64,000 nt of DNA from Nitrosopumilus sp. GTDB taxonomy: Archaea > Thermoproteota > Nitrososphaeria > Nitrososphaerales > Nitrosopumilaceae. Both the position numbers and the translations under genes were made by a program. The stretch lies in NCBI GenBank assembly GCA_965249555.1, contig OZ252243.1, positions 1,184,001 to 1,248,000 of the forward strand, written 5' to 3'. Positions 60,986-64,000 of this stretch are shown one piece after another. How positions within the stretch are numbered: position 1 is the stretch's first letter; each line of letters begins with the position of its first letter. The notes under the pieces were generated by a model. It searched no databases, was not told the DNA's origin, and saw only the letters and a program-made list of their open reading frames with translations.

Positions 60986-63428
60986 TATTTTGTTTAGTGC
61001 AGGTTGTGTTGGAACAAATTTTGAATAATATTCCTCTGACGAAGTTTTTTGATGTATAATTAATGAATATTCCACAAGAAGATTGATAGATTTTGCTCTT
61101 GCTTCATCATCTGTTAGAGTATCTGTTTCTTCAAAATATCCAGTTGCTGGATTAAATACATAAGTTATTCTTACTTTCGGTTTTTTAATAATTTTATTTT
61201 TATTTGTTCCTGAAAATCTTGGATATTGTAAAGAGGCAGTATGTACTCCATAAAAAAATACAGAGGATATTAAAGAAAATTTATGTATGAATCAAGCACT
61301 TAGATGTATTTTGCCATCTCAGAAAACATGTTCAATTCCCTTATTCTCCATGTCTCAAAGCATGTGAGAAAGACTGAGATCATCCTCATGCCCTGATCAC
61401 TCTTCATCTGCCCGCGAACATTCCTCTGCATCACGCACTTTCGAATGGAATTCTCTGCATCATTGTTAGTTGACGGGACATCGCCATCCATGACAAACGT
61501 AAACATGCTGTTCCTTGCAGTCTTTAGCTTCTTGCCAAACTGAACCATCTCCATATCACCTTTCAAATATCGTGCAATGATACGGTCTAGCTGTTTTAGT
61601 AAATCATCCCTGTACGTTTCCCGCCGTTTTGTATGACGATTACCTACACTCCAAACCCTGGCATGACCTAGCATATCTGAGAGTTTCTCGTATAGAATCC
61701 TTGCCTTTTTGTCCTGTGATTTTATTGCCAGATATTTGGCATCGCGCTGCAGGTGTGCAGTGCATCTCTGCTTTGTGTTATCACAAAATACTGTCCTGTA
61801 CGGAGCATATCCGTCAGACACTAGGGTTCCTTTGAATTTCTTCCAGTACTTTTTTAGAACATTGGCACCTCTGCTGTACTCCAAGGCATACTGTGCACTA
61901 GTCTTGCTTCTTGCAACCCACATCCATCCAGTATTTCCATCAATTGAAAATCCTGTCTCATCGATTCCGAGAATATTTTCAGTCACGATTTCGCTGTGGA
62001 TTGTATTGTAAAATGACTCTAACATCACACTACCGTTGCGAAGAATGGATTGTACGGTTGTATTGCTGATTTCTAATCCATATCTTTCATAGAGTGTGGT
62101 TCTGATAGCATCGTATGTCAATCTCTTTGAGAACAGTGAGACGACCTCACGTATCACTGAACCATCAAAACATCCATGTAGTGGAAGGTTTCCCGTGGTT
62201 TGAAAATTATCAGAACAGTCCATGCAGATGTATTGATTCAAAACATGCTCAGTTATACCGTAGGGTGTTGGTGGAGGAATCTCAACCATTATCCTTTTGC
62301 AGGTTTTGGTTTGATGAATATTTTCACTACCGCATTTGGGACATGCATCTGATCTGTGGTGTTTGGTGCTAGTTGGTCTGAATTTCTGTGTCTTGCCAAC
62401 GTGTCCTGCTATTCCACCACGTCTTGATTTGCCTGGCTGTCTGTGTTGTCTTTTTTGCTTTCTCCATTCAAGGGAATTCTTTGATGGCGGAGAGTGTGCA
62501 TTCTCATAATATGACAGCTTTTTTTGCAGTTCCTTGTTTGATTCTATGAGATTTTCTATGATTAGCGGTAGTTGTTTTAACTTTTCTTGCAGTTGTTTTA
62601 TCTCTGCTTGTAGCTGTATGATGATTTTCTCATGACCACAACCTGACATGTTTTGTATGATGATTTAGTTGATCTTAGATCTTTTTGTGTAATGATATTG
62701 ATTTGTGCGTGAAGGTTGATACATACAAATTTATCTGAGTTTGTGAAATATTGTTGTGGAATACCTACTACATTACACCAAATATCTTTACCATAGATCT
62801 TTTTTGAAAGAGCAATCCAGTTATCTTGTTCATTAATAATATGTCTATAGATGACATTAAATTTTTTAATTCCATGATCAGGTAATATTTGAATTTTTTC
62901 CTCAAATAATTCAACAGGTTTCATGCCCATATCTAGCGTAGGACAAATAATGTTTTTGGGGTATTTTTTTAATACTTCTTTTAGTTGTTTTTCAAATTTT
63001 TCTATTGATTGATTTGGATTTGATTCATAATCTGCAATCATAAGTAAACCTGCTTCAAATTGTATTTCTAGAATATTTTTACGCTCAGTTTCTGTAGGTG
63101 CAATATCTTTCCAGAATTGGAAAAATACATCTACTGTCAAATCAGGATTGTCTTCAAGTATAATTTTGATCTTCTCAATAATCTTATCTTTTGTGGCTTT
63201 AGTGTTAATTCGTTCATCTGTTTCAACTCTGTGAATGAACTGGAGCATTGAAGATTTTAATTTAATTTTTGCATCGTTTGCTTTTTTTAACTCGCTTTGA
63301 TGTGGTACAGGCATCGGAAATGTTAATTGTTCTTCTGCAAGTTCCACACTAATTACATTGGATCCAATTTCGTCATCATCGTTATTGAAACGATCTGCTG
63401 CAACATTTTCAATGTTGAATTCTTCCAT
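60968..63428 (-). pseudogene. About 340-aa gene (possible TGT-like TIM barrel) split by IS66
   Basis: Removing 61285-62726 and one target copy restores the frame ...YFTNSDKF-SLISSVFFYGVHTASLQYP...NSRI*. Confidence 0.75.
61285..62726 (-). mobile_element. IS66-family element, copy 2, intact 449-aa transposase
   Basis: Terminal IRs, 8-bp target duplication AAATTTAT on both sides, ORF 61300-62649. Confidence 0.95.
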
Positions 63429-63645
63429 TAAAAATTTGACGGTGTTCTATGTAATAACATGTTCGAATGAATTATTACATCAATCTAATTAAAATTCATT
63501 TCATTTTTTTAACTAGAAATTGATCTTCATCCTTCTTGAAAATTATTTTGTAAACCTATGTTATTGATCGGTTAGATTTTGCGATCAGTAATTTAATTAG
63601 AATTTTTTTAACTATTGAGATTTCTGTATCTAAATAGGTTCAAAA

Positions 63646-63803
63646 GTATGTATCAACCTTCACGCACAAATCAATAGCTATATGTGAATACAAAAAGAAG
63701 GAAATCAGATAGCATAGGGAATGAACTCAGGTCCAGGAGTCGTAATCCATCGTATTCCAAGAAAAGTCCAAAGAAACAGATTAGGGGGAAAGACAAGAGC
63801 ATG
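63646..63803 (+). mobile_element. IS66 left-end stub plus IS110 type A left end (copy 4)
   Basis: Inverted copy of about 55855-56012. Confidence 0.9.
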
Positions 63804-63805
63804 TA

Positions 63806-64000
63806 TAGCGACGATCAAAAGTTCGTGAACATCCTTGCAGGATTTCTAAAAATATAATTAACAACATCAAGTTTGAATTTTTTTGTTCCAAAGTATTGTG
63901 ACACTGCATTATTCATTATTGTAAACATTGCATAATATTCTGATACCAACAACACATGCTTGCTTATTTTCCAACACTGCTCTATCATGTTTAGATATGG
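63806..64000 (-). mobile_element. IS630 right end inserted at TA in IS110 copy 4 (partial)
   Basis: Reverse complement of about 28450-28646. Confidence 0.9.

Noticed and set aside
62598-63428. 276-aa ORF as a complete gene
   Set aside because: Its last 40 or so residues are read-through into IS66; the true C-terminus lies at 60968-61284.

Overview
AT-rich chromosome segment of an ammonia-oxidising archaeon (Nitrosopumilus-like; inferred from SlaA/SlaB, TiaS, Csl4, Dph2, class II HMG-CoA reductase and a Rieske/cytochrome b/plastocyanin complex III). Conserved core blocks are csl4; adh-TPR-dph2-tiaS-tRNA-iMet; GSDH-hmgr-hisGDC-HAD-hisBHAFI; and thrC-SAMP/E1-slaA-slaB-S8 protease-petC/petB-cupredoxin. 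They alternate with four IS-riddled accessory islands at about 0.4-6.5, 10.8-14.2, 25-36 and 52-64 kb. The islands carry (1) a Pycsar-type cyclase plus TM effector pair, (2) an AAA_21 ATPase plus TOPRIM-like pair, (3) a two-gene ubiquitin-like module (Ubl-E2 fusion and JAB-E1 fusion) divergent from an AAA ATPase/wHTH pair, and (4) two long-variable-arm (Ser/Leu-type) tRNA genes with non-cognate anticodons UCU (Arg) and UAU (Ile), candidate mistranslating tRNAs. An IS1111-like IS110 has a non-coding end with readable guide segments matching its own junction and the ends of a resident IS66, into which it has inserted. All calls are by eye from sequence motifs; no searches were run.
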